Notes: generated from the sequence alone by a model not told the origin. 64,000 nt of DNA from Campylobacterota bacterium (GCA_002721975.1 PBME01000008.1:2550-66549), one strand, 5' to 3'. Counted from the stretch's first letter, positions 21,776 to 31,808 are shown. Numbers and translations are program-made.

Positions 21776-22501
21776 TTATACAACTTGTTCTTCTTGTAAA
21801 GCTTGAAGTTTTGTAATACTAATAGCTTTATGTAAGGTGTATGGTCCTATAGCAGTTCGAGTGAGTTGCGTTAAGTAACCACCAGTATGCAAAGCTGTGC
21901 CAATATCTCTTGCTAAAGATCTAATATAAGTACCTTTAGAGCATGAGACGTTAATGGTAAGTGTCGGCCATGTATACGTAACAAGTTTTATATTGTGAAT
22001 CGTAACGTTGCGTTCAGGCATTTTAAATTTTTCATGACGTCGAGCTTTTTTGTACGCGCGTTGTCCATTAATTTTGATAGCGCTATATATAGGAGGAACT
22101 TGTATGATAGAGCCAACAAACTTTTGTAAAGTTGCAATAATTTCTTCTTGAGTTGGTATTCTATTAGGTTTAACAACTTGTAATTCTCCTTCTGCATCAT
22201 CGGTAATAGAAAAAGCTGTTAAGTTGATTTCAGCAGTATACTCTTTTGGCATATCCATAAAAGTATTAATTTGCTTTGTCATGGCTCCTGTACAGACAAT
22301 GAGTACTCCTGTTGCGAGTGGATCAAGAGTTCCAGCATGGCCTATTTTTTTAATTTTTAAAATACCTCGCATTTTGCGTATGATATCCATTGATGTCCAA
22401 TGAATTGGCTTATCAATAATATAAATATTATTTTGTACGTTGTTGTTTGAATTTTTCAAATTCATCATACAAGATTTCTTTAATTTCATCATGAGATACA
22501 T
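21776..22501 (-). CDS. truB: tRNA pseudouridine(55) synthase TruB
   Basis: IIDKPIHWTSMDII, catalytic HAGTLDPLATGVL, and a PUA-like C-terminus. The true start may be an internal ATG at 22468 or 22465. Confidence 0.9.
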   Translation of the reverse strand: MYLMMKLKKSCMMNLKNSNNNVQNNIYIIDKPIHWTSMDIIRKMRGILKIKKIGHAGTLDPLATGVLIVCTGAMTKQINTFMDMPKEYTAEINLTAFSITDDAEGELQVVKPNRIPTQEEIIATLQKFVGSIIQVPPIYSAIKINGQRAYKKARRHEKFKMPERNVTIHNIKLVTYTWPTLTINVSCSKGTYIRSLARDIGTALHTGGYLTQLTRTAIGPYTLHKAISITKLQALQEEQVV

Positions 22502-22814
22502 CTGCTAAAATAATAATGTCACCATTCTTATCGCGTGATAAATCAGGTTGACTTAGCAGTTTAGAATATATTTTTGTATTGGTTATTACACCGCCTTGAA
22601 ATAAAGGTGTTTTATTTACTATGTCTACGAGTTCATCTTTGGTAGTTGTTGCTGGTATTGTTGCTTCAAAATAATGACGTGTCTGATCAAGTTGTTTTAC
22701 AGTTTGATCTCGTTTTAGGACTTGTGAAATTATGTTAATTACTGGAGGTTCGCAGCTTTGTATGCAGTATGTAGTGAAGAGTACACTAGCAATTATAAGA
22801 TGTATTGTTTTCAT
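22428..22814 (-). CDS. Secreted or lipoprotein-like hypothetical protein
   Basis: 128 aa. Leader MKTIHLIIASVLFTTYCIQSC. Overlaps both neighbours by short stretches, so operon-like. Confidence 0.45.
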   Translation of the reverse strand: MKTIHLIIASVLFTTYCIQSCEPPVINIISQVLKRDQTVKQLDQTRHYFEATIPATTTKDELVDIVNKTPLFQGGVITNTKIYSKLLSQPDLSRDKNGDIIILADVSHDEIKEILYDEFEKFKQQRTK

Positions 22815-23688
22815 ATGTTAAATACTTTTTTATTAAGTTGTTTAATATAAAAATTGTTTCGCTATCTATAGTACCATCAATTTTGCTTGGACGAAAGTGC
22901 ATTTGAAAAGCCTGTAAAGCGTGTTTGGTTTTTTTATTCATTTTTCCTGATGTTGTAACATGATAACCCCAAGCTTGGAGTAAGCATTGTACTTTTTTAA
23001 TAGTAGTTTGGTTTATACGTAATTCATGATTATTCATATTTTGTGAAAAAATTTTATTTGACCATGCACCGATATCATACTTTGCAAGTAATTCCCAAGG
23101 AAATAATGGTCCTGGATCAACCTTGCGACTAGGTGCAATATCACTATGTCCTAATATAAAATATGGTTTTATATCATACCGTTTCATAATATCTGTACAT
23201 AGAGCAATCACGCTTGTAATTTGTGCATCTGTAAATTGATACCAATAATAAGATGATCCTTGTACTTGTACTCCTGTATGTTTATTCCAAATATTTTGAT
23301 TATGAGTACAAGGATCTTTTTTAGACTTTGTGAATCCTGGATTTACAATCTCTATACCAATTGAATAGTTGTTCATTTGTTTATTGCCTTGCCAAGAACT
23401 TTTTCCTGCATGCCACGCTCGTTTTGATTCATCTACAAGTTGTGATATTGTACCATCGGCAGCAATAAGGTAATGAGCACTAACAGGCCTGAAAAAATTG
23501 GATAATGTTTTCATAGATTGAGAATAAAAGCAATCAGCTGTGTAATGTAAAATAATATGAGTTGGCTTAGTAATAATTGTATGTGTTTTTAAGTCTTTTC
23601 TATTGTTGAAGTTTGGTGATGGAGTTTGTTTGATGTGCAAGCAACTTATTACTTGTGTTGATAGTAGTAAAAATAAAACATATATCAT
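22786..23688 (-). CDS. N-acetylmuramoyl-L-alanine amidase (Amidase_2/AmpD-like) with a peptidoglycan-binding-like C-terminus
   Basis: 300 aa. Signal-like leader. IILHYTA, AWHAG, NNYSIGIEIVN, ILGHSDIAPSRKVDPGPLFPW. C-terminal VKKVQCLLQAWGY...ALQAFQMHF. Confidence 0.85.
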   Translation of the reverse strand: MIYVLFLLLSTQVISCLHIKQTPSPNFNNRKDLKTHTIITKPTHIILHYTADCFYSQSMKTLSNFFRPVSAHYLIAADGTISQLVDESKRAWHAGKSSWQGNKQMNNYSIGIEIVNPGFTKSKKDPCTHNQNIWNKHTGVQVQGSSYYWYQFTDAQITSVIALCTDIMKRYDIKPYFILGHSDIAPSRKVDPGPLFPWELLAKYDIGAWSNKIFSQNMNNHELRINQTTIKKVQCLLQAWGYHVTTSGKMNKKTKHALQAFQMHFRPSKIDGTIDSETIFILNNLIKKYLTYENNTSYNC

Positions 23689-23800
23689 GAGTATGTCCTT
23701 TTTTATATGTGTAACTTATAGCACAATTTGAGATGCTAAAGATAGGTTTTTGTGTTATAAAAAGGTGTAAGAGTTTATTTTTATGAGGAGTCGTTAGTTT

Positions 23801-24034
23801 ATGAATAATATCGTGAGTATGTTACAAATCATATTAGTAGTGGGATTGTTGGGTCAGTCATCGATGCATGCTCCGTATCAAGATAAAGAATCTCAACAAA
23901 GAAAATTGTATCGAAAATCGGGTTGTCAAAAGCTTCGGCTAGACAAGATAAAAAAAGCACAAATGATTGAGAATATGAAAGCTGCTGTTGCCGCAGTGGT
24001 CTATTATGAACAAAGACAAGCAGAATCAAAATAG
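23801..24034 (+). CDS. Small secreted hypothetical protein
   Basis: 77 aa. Leader LQIILVVGLLGQSSMHA. No family recognised. Confidence 0.35.
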   Translation: MNNIVSMLQIILVVGLLGQSSMHAPYQDKESQQRKLYRKSGCQKLRLDKIKKAQMIENMKAAVAAVVYYEQRQAESK

Positions 24035-24274
24035 GGGTACTATTGTATTGAAAATACATTTGTCTCTAGTTGCTCATTTTTAATAATTAATGTATTATAA
24101 AGATAGAAAGCAAAATATTCCATTTAGGGGCGGCCAAATAGGCCAAAATGCCATCAATAACTGCTCATGGAGCATGTCTTTATTGTAACTTGGATTATGT
24201 AAATCAAATTCTAGATTTAAGTGGGATATTGCTGAAATAACGTAATAATCACTTAAATGATAGGAAGAAAACAT

Positions 24275-25558
24275 ATGAATTGTTTTACTCAAATGACAGG
24301 TTTGTCAGAACAAATTTTACATTCATTAAAAAGAATGGAATTTAAGCAACCAACACCTATTCAAGCGCAATCTATACCATTAGCCCTTGCAGGACGTGAT
24401 ATTTTAGGATCAGCGCAAACTGGTACAGGAAAAACAGGTGCTTTTGCAATTCCTTTAGTGGCAAAAGTTTTAAATAAAGAAATTCAATCAGCATTAGTTT
24501 TAACACCTACTCGTGAACTTGCAGTACAGGTATTGTCGCAAATGCATGCAATTTTAGGTAGAACTAGTGGTATCAATACAGCGTTATTGATTGGTGGAGA
24601 ACCAATGCCTAAGCAATTACGCCAGTTGAAAAAACGTCCTCAAATTGTTGTAGGAACTCCTGGTCGTATTAATGATCACTTAGAGCGTGGTACTGTTTCA
24701 TTTAAAAATGTAGGTTTTTTAGTATTAGATGAAACTGATCGTATGTTAGACATGGGTTTTGGTAAGCAAATTGATGCAATCCTTGCACACTTTCCAGGTA
24801 AAGTACAAACATTAATGTTTTCTGCAACAATGCCTAAAAACATTATGCAAATGTCTGCAAAGTATCTATTAGAGCCTGAGCGTATTGAGATTGGTTCTAG
24901 TTTAAAACCAGTTGAAGCTGTAGAGCAAAGAAACACATACTTAGATGAAGAAGAAAAATACGATCGTTTAATACAAGAAATAGATGAGCGAGAAGGTTCA
25001 ATCATTGTTTTCGTAAAAACAAAGTTTGGTGCTAAACGTATAGCGCAACGACTATATCGTGATGGTTGCAAAGCTGAAGCGATTCACGGAAACTTGCGTC
25101 AAAGTCGTCGTGATTCTGTTTTACGTTTGTTTAGAAATAATAAATTTCGTATATTAGTTGCAACTGATGTTGCTGCTCGTGGTTTAGATGTTCCGCATAT
25201 TCAACATGTTATCAATCATGACTTGCCACAGTGTCCAGAAGATTATATCCATCGTATTGGAAGAACAGCTCGTGCAGGTGCTAAAGGGCATGCAATCAAT
25301 TTTATTACAGGGCAAGAAAAAAGATTGTGGAGTGCAATTGAAAGATTTATGAAAACGGGTGATCAGCCAGAGCAACAAAAATCAGGTGGCAGAACACGTC
25401 GTGGAGGTCGTCGTAGAAACTACGGTCCTGGCAGAGGAGAAGGTCGTTCATCTGGTAAGCGATTCGGATCAAGTCGTAGTGGCGATAAAAGACGTGGTAA
25501 GGGTCGATCAAATAGTAGTGGCTCTCGATCATACAGCAAAAGAAGATCTGCAAAGTAA
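24275..25558 (+). CDS. DEAD-box ATP-dependent RNA helicase with an Arg/Gly/Ser-rich tail
   Basis: ATG at 24275 follows AGGAAG. Q-motif region PTPIQ, AQTGTGKT, PTRELA, VLDETDRM (DETD in place of DEAD), SAT, HRIGRTARAG. About 60 aa basic RG/S tail. Confidence 0.92.
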   Translation: MNCFTQMTGLSEQILHSLKRMEFKQPTPIQAQSIPLALAGRDILGSAQTGTGKTGAFAIPLVAKVLNKEIQSALVLTPTRELAVQVLSQMHAILGRTSGINTALLIGGEPMPKQLRQLKKRPQIVVGTPGRINDHLERGTVSFKNVGFLVLDETDRMLDMGFGKQIDAILAHFPGKVQTLMFSATMPKNIMQMSAKYLLEPERIEIGSSLKPVEAVEQRNTYLDEEEKYDRLIQEIDEREGSIIVFVKTKFGAKRIAQRLYRDGCKAEAIHGNLRQSRRDSVLRLFRNNKFRILVATDVAARGLDVPHIQHVINHDLPQCPEDYIHRIGRTARAGAKGHAINFITGQEKRLWSAIERFMKTGDQPEQQKSGGRTRRGGRRRNYGPGRGEGRSSGKRFGSSRSGDKRRGKGRSNSSGSRSYSKRRSAK

Positions 25559-25565
25559 ATAATTA

Positions 25566-25597
25566 TAAAAATCCTCAGTAAGATCTGAGGATTTTTC
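25566..25597 (+). terminator. Rho-independent terminator
   Basis: aaaatcctcag-taagat-ctgaggatttt followed by T-rich sequence. Confidence 0.75.
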
Positions 25598-25617
25598 TTG
25601 TAACATGAAAGGATAAT

Positions 25618-26817
25618 ATGATCGATATGATTATTCCATCACTTTGGTTGATTGTATTAATGGCAGGATTGCCTCATTTATCAGAAACGGTGTATGCACC
25701 TTCATTGCCAGAAATTGCAAATGCATTACAAACATCTCATGCTATGGCTGAATATACTCTGACTATTTACTTACTTGGATTTGCTTTAGGAACTTTGTTT
25801 TGGGGGCGTATTTCAGATTATATCGGAAGAAGACCTGGTGTCATTGCTGGGTTATGTATATATGCAGTAGGTTGTATTGGGTGTTACCATGCAACAACAG
25901 TAACAATGCTTATGGCAAGTCGTCTAGTGCAAGCATTTGGAGGAAGTGTTGGAAGTGTTTTGGTGCAAGCAATTATGCGTGATGTTTTTAAAGGACGTGC
26001 TTTAAGTAAATCTTTTGCATTATTAGGTATGAGTGTTGCATTTTTTCCTGCGATGGGTCCTGCAATTGGTGGATTTATGACTGACAACTTAGGTTGGAGG
26101 TCAATATTTATATTTTTAATAGTATCTGCTTTATTGTTGTTATGTATTGTTTGGTATAATTTACCTGAAACGTATAAAAAAGTTGATAAAAAAGCACCTG
26201 CAATTATGTCAATTTTGTATAAATTTATATATGATGCAAAAATTATCGGCTTAGGCTTTATTGTTGCTGCTACAAATGGTATAAACTTTTGTTATTTTGC
26301 AGAAGGTTCTTTTTGTTTAATTAATGTATTAGGTTTTTCTGCAAGTCAATTTGGTTTAACTTTTTTAGGCGTAGCGGGTGCTGCTATGTTAGGCGGCTTA
26401 ACTTCTCGTAAGCTTCTTAATTATTATTCTACTGCACAAGTGTTACAAATCGGTATTTTAATTACGGTTGTTACTAATAGTTTGTTCAGTGTATGTATCA
26501 TTACAAATTACCTTGGATATAATTTTGCTAAAATAACGTTATTAATTATTTTTGTTATAGCTCAAATGGTTAATACCTTTTGTAAAGCATTAATTAATGC
26601 AAATGCATTGTCGTTAGCTTTGCGTAATTATCGTTGGTGTACGGGAACTGCTTCTAGTTTGTTTGGTTTTTATTATTATTGTTTAACATCATTATTTACA
26701 TTTGGTATGGCGATGCTTCATAATCATACTCTGTTGCCAATGCCGTTATATTTTTTAGCGATTAGCGTATGTCTTGTATTTGCACAAAGTACGATCAAAG
26801 ATAAGCTTGTGAGTTAA
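25618..26817 (+). CDS. MFS transporter (Bcr/CflA-like drug:H+ antiporter family)
   Basis: 399 aa, about 12 hydrophobic segments. Motif A-like GRISDYIGRRPG between TM2 and TM3. Confidence 0.8.
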   Translation: MIDMIIPSLWLIVLMAGLPHLSETVYAPSLPEIANALQTSHAMAEYTLTIYLLGFALGTLFWGRISDYIGRRPGVIAGLCIYAVGCIGCYHATTVTMLMASRLVQAFGGSVGSVLVQAIMRDVFKGRALSKSFALLGMSVAFFPAMGPAIGGFMTDNLGWRSIFIFLIVSALLLLCIVWYNLPETYKKVDKKAPAIMSILYKFIYDAKIIGLGFIVAATNGINFCYFAEGSFCLINVLGFSASQFGLTFLGVAGAAMLGGLTSRKLLNYYSTAQVLQIGILITVVTNSLFSVCIITNYLGYNFAKITLLIIFVIAQMVNTFCKALINANALSLALRNYRWCTGTASSLFGFYYYCLTSLFTFGMAMLHNHTLLPMPLYFLAISVCLVFAQSTIKDKLVS

Positions 26818-26828
26818 TTGGATATTAT

Positions 26829-27668
26829 ATGATTCAAAAATTATTTCATGTTACATTGAGCTTAGTATGTATAACATCATTGTTGTTTGCGTTGCCTTCT
26901 CAACAAGAAGAACATGATGAAATTAATCGTGAGTTTAAAAAACGAGGCTGGGATACAAGTCGATTGTTGCCTGTAGATAAATGTTATCAGTGTTATACTC
27001 TAGATGATATATGCTCTCGTACTAATCCAAGTAATGCTAAGAGATTGCAAGATCTTGCCGATGTGTTTGAATATCTTAAGAAAAAAAGAAAATTGTCATT
27101 TAATGTAGGTTTGAAGTTGTGTAAACATAATAGTCAAAATGAAGGTCCATGTTTTTATTCTTCATATGATCGAAGTGTTCAGATATTTCCTACATTTTTT
27201 ACTCAATATTCTACTTCAGAAAAGCTTTTTTCGTTGTTGCATGAACTAGAGCATGCAAAGCAACATGAGCGATCAACTGCTTGGCGGTGTTATAAGAAAA
27301 ATCGATCACAAGCAGAACTTATGCAAGATGAATATGAAGCAGATGATTTTGCTGCAAGCACTATTAAGTGTCCTGTATGCCTGAAAGTAAATCAGGTTGC
27401 TACTTTATTATCTGATCTTGGCAATAAAAGTGCAAAAAAGGGATATTTTTCACGTAAAGATTATCAAAAATATATAGATGCAGTTGATAATAGTTGTTTA
27501 TGTGAAGCTCACAAAAATAATGGTGCACAATTTTTCAAAAAAGCTTATAGAAAAGCAACTATATCAAAAGCATCTACTGCAGATATTTTTAAAGATGTAA
27601 TTAATGAAGACGATCGAGTAAGTTCGCTCATGAAAGATCGTTTAAGTACATTACGATTTATAGATTAA
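26829..27668 (+). CDS. Secreted hypothetical protein with an HExxH motif
   Basis: 279 aa. Leader VTLSLVCITSLLFALP. LLHELEHAKQHE, followed by EYEADDFA and a CPVC pair. Family not recognised. Confidence 0.45.
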   Translation: MIQKLFHVTLSLVCITSLLFALPSQQEEHDEINREFKKRGWDTSRLLPVDKCYQCYTLDDICSRTNPSNAKRLQDLADVFEYLKKKRKLSFNVGLKLCKHNSQNEGPCFYSSYDRSVQIFPTFFTQYSTSEKLFSLLHELEHAKQHERSTAWRCYKKNRSQAELMQDEYEADDFAASTIKCPVCLKVNQVATLLSDLGNKSAKKGYFSRKDYQKYIDAVDNSCLCEAHKNNGAQFFKKAYRKATISKASTADIFKDVINEDDRVSSLMKDRLSTLRFID

Positions 27669-28199
27669 TTATTTTTCTAAGAAAATAACTAACTCTGCTA
27701 CTTTGAAGCCAAACTTCTTCATTGCTGCTTTATTGATAATTTTATTGTCATCAACCATGTAGCACCAATCATCCATGGTTATGTTTACAGAGCTATCACC
27801 ATATGGAATAGTGATGACATAATCAGTGTATGCTGCATTACCCATTTGTTGTCCATGTCCGGTGCCGACAATGTCAGGTGCGGTTGCTGTATAGTTTCCT
27901 TGTTCGTCAAACTGTACGGTCCATTCTCTATTCAGTTTTGATCCGTCACTAAAAACAAAATGTTCTTTTAAAGGACCTTTGTTATTTTTATCAAAGTCGC
28001 CAATCATAGTAATAGTAAAACTTCGAGTTTGGCGACCACGCCAATCAAAAAAAGATCCGTATCCTTTGACAGTGCCATCAAAAAATTTTTGTAAATTTAT
28101 TTTAGGAGTTCGGTTTTTATGTTGTTCTAGTCTTGTATCTTTGCATCCCGGTGTCATTAAACAGATTCCAGCAGACAACATTGAAAATAGTTTTTTCAT
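27669..28199 (-). CDS. DUF3833-family lipoprotein-like protein
   Basis: 176 aa. Leader ending ...TPGC. FFDGTVKGYGSFFDWRGRQTRSF..., DDWCYMVDDNKIINKAAMKKFGFKVAELVIFLEK matches the recalled DUF3833 pattern. Confidence 0.65.
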   Translation of the reverse strand: MKKLFSMLSAGICLMTPGCKDTRLEQHKNRTPKINLQKFFDGTVKGYGSFFDWRGRQTRSFTITMIGDFDKNNKGPLKEHFVFSDGSKLNREWTVQFDEQGNYTATAPDIVGTGHGQQMGNAAYTDYVITIPYGDSSVNITMDDWCYMVDDNKIINKAAMKKFGFKVAELVIFLEK

Positions 28200-28302
28200 A
28201 GCAGCTCCTTTTAATTATAGTACCACATTAGTTTTTTATTAGTTTCATGGTACATTAGATAGATATAATAAGTAAATAATTCTATTTTTAGGATACAAAT
28301 TT

Positions 28303-29637
28303 ATGATGATGAGTTCGTTGTTTTGTATAAGCAATTTGTCAAAAATCATGAGTGCTTTAGTTATGGTAATAGGAATTATTATAGCTAAATTTTCTTGGAA
28401 TTATTTACAAGGAGATACTTATAAAGCAAAGTTTTATAGTACATTACTATTATTACAAGCTTTAGTTTTATTACTTGTTCATGCGGATAACATATTTCTT
28501 TTTTCAGGTTTGTTGCTTTTAAGTAATTTGTTACTTGTTATTATGTTGTACCACAATACATTTTGGTCCGCAGCGTATCATAGTGCACGTATAGCTTTAC
28601 AGTATTTAGTTAGCGGCTGTTTACTTCAAGTAATCGGTTTTATTTTATTATATATAGAAACAGGGATAAGTAGCTTTAGTCAAATATATACAATTCCTAT
28701 TTCTTATAATTGGATAGTCTATGTTGCGTTAGGATGTATCACTGGATCAGCAATGTTGCAATCTGCTGTCATGCCTATGCATCGATGGTTGCTTAATTCA
28801 CTGAATGCTCCTACACCAGTATCAGCTTGTATGCATGCAGGTTTAATTAATGCAGGAGTTTTGTTGTTGGTTCGCTGTGCTCCATTATATTTAAACAATG
28901 TTATTATGTTGTATGTTTTATTTATAATAGGGGTTATAACTGCGACATTTGGCGTTGCTTATAAATTAATACAGCCTAACATAAAGAGAATGTTAGTATG
29001 TTCAACTATAGCGCAAATGGGATTTGTTTTTGTTCAGTGTGGACTAGGTTTTTTTACGGCAGCAATAGCACATGTTTTTTGGCATGGCATGTTTAAAGCT
29101 TATTTGTTTTTAACATCACCTATGATTGAGCGTCAGCGAGATAGTAATGCTGTTTCGTTACATTATGGCAGTTTTTTTATAGGTTTAATGAGTGGATTCA
29201 TTAGTGCTGTAGGTTTTAGTGTAATACAAGGATTTTCTCAAGTTTTTACTACTACAACTTTAGGATTGTTACTAGTTGTTTTTATTGCAGGCATGCAATT
29301 AGCATTAACAATTTTACAGTCAGCTGTTTATGATGATCTGATAATTGTTTTTATAGCTTCTCTTAGTTTAGGCATCATGTATGGTCTGTTTGATATGATG
29401 ATACATTATCCACTAGAAGGGTTACATGCTATGCAGGCACAACCATTAACAACGGTTCATGCAATTGGATTTAGCTTATTGTTTATTCCGTGGATTTGTA
29501 TGTTACTGTATAATCATATAAAACCAAAACCTTGGTTTAAAAAAATATATGCTTATATCTATGTGTATCTTATAAGACATACGAAAGCAGATATTGCTAC
29601 AACAACATTGCATCGCAATCATTATCGTTATAAATGA
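28303..29637 (+). CDS. dabB: NuoL/ND5/MrpA-like proton-conducting membrane subunit (DabB-like)
   Basis: 444 aa polytopic. HRWLLNSLNAPTPVSACMHAGLINAGVLLLVR and KRMLVCSTIAQMGFVF...HVFWHGMFKAYLFL (PF00361-type motifs). No other complex I genes nearby. ATGA overlap with the DUF2309 gene. Confidence 0.8.
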   Translation: MMMSSLFCISNLSKIMSALVMVIGIIIAKFSWNYLQGDTYKAKFYSTLLLLQALVLLLVHADNIFLFSGLLLLSNLLLVIMLYHNTFWSAAYHSARIALQYLVSGCLLQVIGFILLYIETGISSFSQIYTIPISYNWIVYVALGCITGSAMLQSAVMPMHRWLLNSLNAPTPVSACMHAGLINAGVLLLVRCAPLYLNNVIMLYVLFIIGVITATFGVAYKLIQPNIKRMLVCSTIAQMGFVFVQCGLGFFTAAIAHVFWHGMFKAYLFLTSPMIERQRDSNAVSLHYGSFFIGLMSGFISAVGFSVIQGFSQVFTTTTLGLLLVVFIAGMQLALTILQSAVYDDLIIVFIASLSLGIMYGLFDMMIHYPLEGLHAMQAQPLTTVHAIGFSLLFIPWICMLLYNHIKPKPWFKKIYAYIYVYLIRHTKADIATTTLHRNHYRYK

Positions 29638-31808
29638 GGTTGTTTATGAATATATCTAAATTAATTCAAGATTCTTGGTTGCAAATAGCTCCTGCTTGGC
29701 CTGTACATCAATTTGTTGCTAGTAACCCTTTAATGAAATTGCAATCAAAGCATTTTGAAAAAGCAATACAAGAGTCATACAAAGATATACAACAAGCATC
29801 ATTACCGCGAGAATTATTACAAGTAAACCATGAAACCATTATATGGTTAGAAGTTTTTTTTGATACAGGGCAAGCTACGTTAACAATGCCTTATCGTGAA
29901 CTTGGGTTATATCGTAGTTGTAAAAAAATGTTTCTTTTAGATTGTAAGCAAAAAAGAATGTCTGCCAAAATTATTAACTTTTTGCAGCAATTACCAGATG
30001 ACCCAGAGCAAGCATGTAGTATGTTGCTTGATGCTTTACAGATCAATCAAGATCAAGCTGTTGAGTTCGTTAAAAAAGTTATTACTTCATTGCCTGGTTG
30101 GGCAAGTTATATAGTGTATTATGTTGACTGGGTAGATACGCAAACATATCCTGTAACAAAGTTAGATTATACAGTTGTACGGTTAATGTTATTATATATT
30201 TTCTGGCCAAATTCTAGTAATATTTTGTCTGATCTATTTGATACAAAAGATACTCATGAAGTTCAAGAATTAGTGCAAAGTTTAGTTCTCTCAGAAGAAA
30301 AATATCAGTCGCAACTATTATCTAAATTTTCTTTGGTGCAGGAAAAAGTTGTAAAATATGATGCACAATTTATTGTATGTATTGATCCACGGTCAGAACG
30401 ATTAAGAAGGCATCTTGAGCAACAAGGATCTTATGAAACTTTTGGCTTTGCAGGTTTTTTTGGATTGCCAATACAAGTTCATAATGATTTAAAGCAAAAG
30501 CAATATGACGCGTGTCCTGTTTTGCTGAAATCTGTTCACAACATTAAAGAAGTAATGATTTGTAATACAGAATATTGTCAAAAACTGGTAGAAAAAAAAG
30601 TTTCTTTTAAAAATGTTATTAAAAATCTTTATAAAGCTTTGAAATACACGTTTGTTGCGCCATTTGCGTTGGTTGAAATATTGGGTTTGTATACAGTATG
30701 TTGGATGTTTTTACGCTTATTTGTACCTTGTTATGCTGCAAATGTTAAAGAACGATTTACAAAAACGACTGTTTTAAAGCCTATTATGTGGCCAGAAGTA
30801 GATAGTAGGGATGAAAGTTATGGTTTAACTTGGTCGCAACAATGTGATTATGCGTTGCAGGCATTACGTATGATTGGCTTAGTTGATAATTTTGCATCAA
30901 TAGTAGTTGTTACTTCTCATATAGCGCAAACTGATAATAATAGTTATGCTACAGCACTTAATTGTGGTGCATGTGGTAGTAACTCTGGATTAGTAAATGC
31001 TAAATTACTTGCAACGATTTTAAATAATAAACAAGTTCGAGATTATCTAAAAAAACATAATATTATTATACCTAAAGAAACATATGTCATAGCAGCAGAA
31101 CACAATACAACAACAGACGAAGTTATGCTATATGATAATCAAAATTTTTTAGAAATAAATAAAGATATTCTTGAAAAATTACGCAAAGATTTAAAGATTG
31201 TTCAGCATAAAGTATTGCAAGAACGATCTGAAGCTCTTCAAAAAAAATCAGTACATAGCATGTTGAAACGCAGTTGTGACTGGTCTCAAGTTCGTCCAGA
31301 ATGGGGATTAGCAAAAAATGCTTCTATGATTATCGGACCACGTCAGTTTAGTCAATCTATTAATTTAGAAGGTAGATCATTTTTACACTCGTATGATTGG
31401 CAGTTAGATCCAGATATGTCTTTACTACGTACAATTATGACTGCACCTATGGTTGTAGCACATTGGATTAATATGCAATATTTGTTTTCAACATTGAATA
31501 ACGTTATCTATGGATCTGGAAGTAAAGTAACGCATAATTTAACAGGTAAGTTTGGTATTATGCAAGGCAATACGAGTGATTTAATGACTGGTCTTTCTTT
31601 GCAGTCAATTGCTTCTTCTGATACTCAGTTGTATCATGATCCTGTACGTTTAACAGTTGTAATCTATGCTCCGGTAAAATATGTCATAGATGTTGTAGCG
31701 TCTGAAGAACAAATTAAAGAACTTGTTGTTAACGAATGGCTACATGTATATTGCTATGAGCCTGACAAAAAGCAAATGGTTTGCATTAATCAAGATATGC
31801 TTGGGTGA
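29634..31808 (+). CDS. dabA: DUF2309 protein (DabA-like, predicted inorganic carbon pump subunit)
   Basis: 724 aa. CIDPRSE (Cys249, Asp251) and SHIAQTDNNSYATALNCGACGS (His429, Cys444), the conserved DUF2309 zinc-site pattern. Coupled to the NuoL-like gene. Confidence 0.8.
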   Translation: MRLFMNISKLIQDSWLQIAPAWPVHQFVASNPLMKLQSKHFEKAIQESYKDIQQASLPRELLQVNHETIIWLEVFFDTGQATLTMPYRELGLYRSCKKMFLLDCKQKRMSAKIINFLQQLPDDPEQACSMLLDALQINQDQAVEFVKKVITSLPGWASYIVYYVDWVDTQTYPVTKLDYTVVRLMLLYIFWPNSSNILSDLFDTKDTHEVQELVQSLVLSEEKYQSQLLSKFSLVQEKVVKYDAQFIVCIDPRSERLRRHLEQQGSYETFGFAGFFGLPIQVHNDLKQKQYDACPVLLKSVHNIKEVMICNTEYCQKLVEKKVSFKNVIKNLYKALKYTFVAPFALVEILGLYTVCWMFLRLFVPCYAANVKERFTKTTVLKPIMWPEVDSRDESYGLTWSQQCDYALQALRMIGLVDNFASIVVVTSHIAQTDNNSYATALNCGACGSNSGLVNAKLLATILNNKQVRDYLKKHNIIIPKETYVIAAEHNTTTDEVMLYDNQNFLEINKDILEKLRKDLKIVQHKVLQERSEALQKKSVHSMLKRSCDWSQVRPEWGLAKNASMIIGPRQFSQSINLEGRSFLHSYDWQLDPDMSLLRTIMTAPMVVAHWINMQYLFSTLNNVIYGSGSKVTHNLTGKFGIMQGNTSDLMTGLSLQSIASSDTQLYHDPVRLTVVIYAPVKYVIDVVASEEQIKELVVNEWLHVYCYEPDKKQMVCINQDMLG

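Noticed and set aside
24121-24140. ggggcggccaaataggcc GC-rich palindrome-like motif (GGCC-N5-GGCC) upstream of the helicase gene
   Set aside because: A single occurrence with a very short stem and no associated T tract or repeat partner. Probably fortuitous within the long helicase leader.
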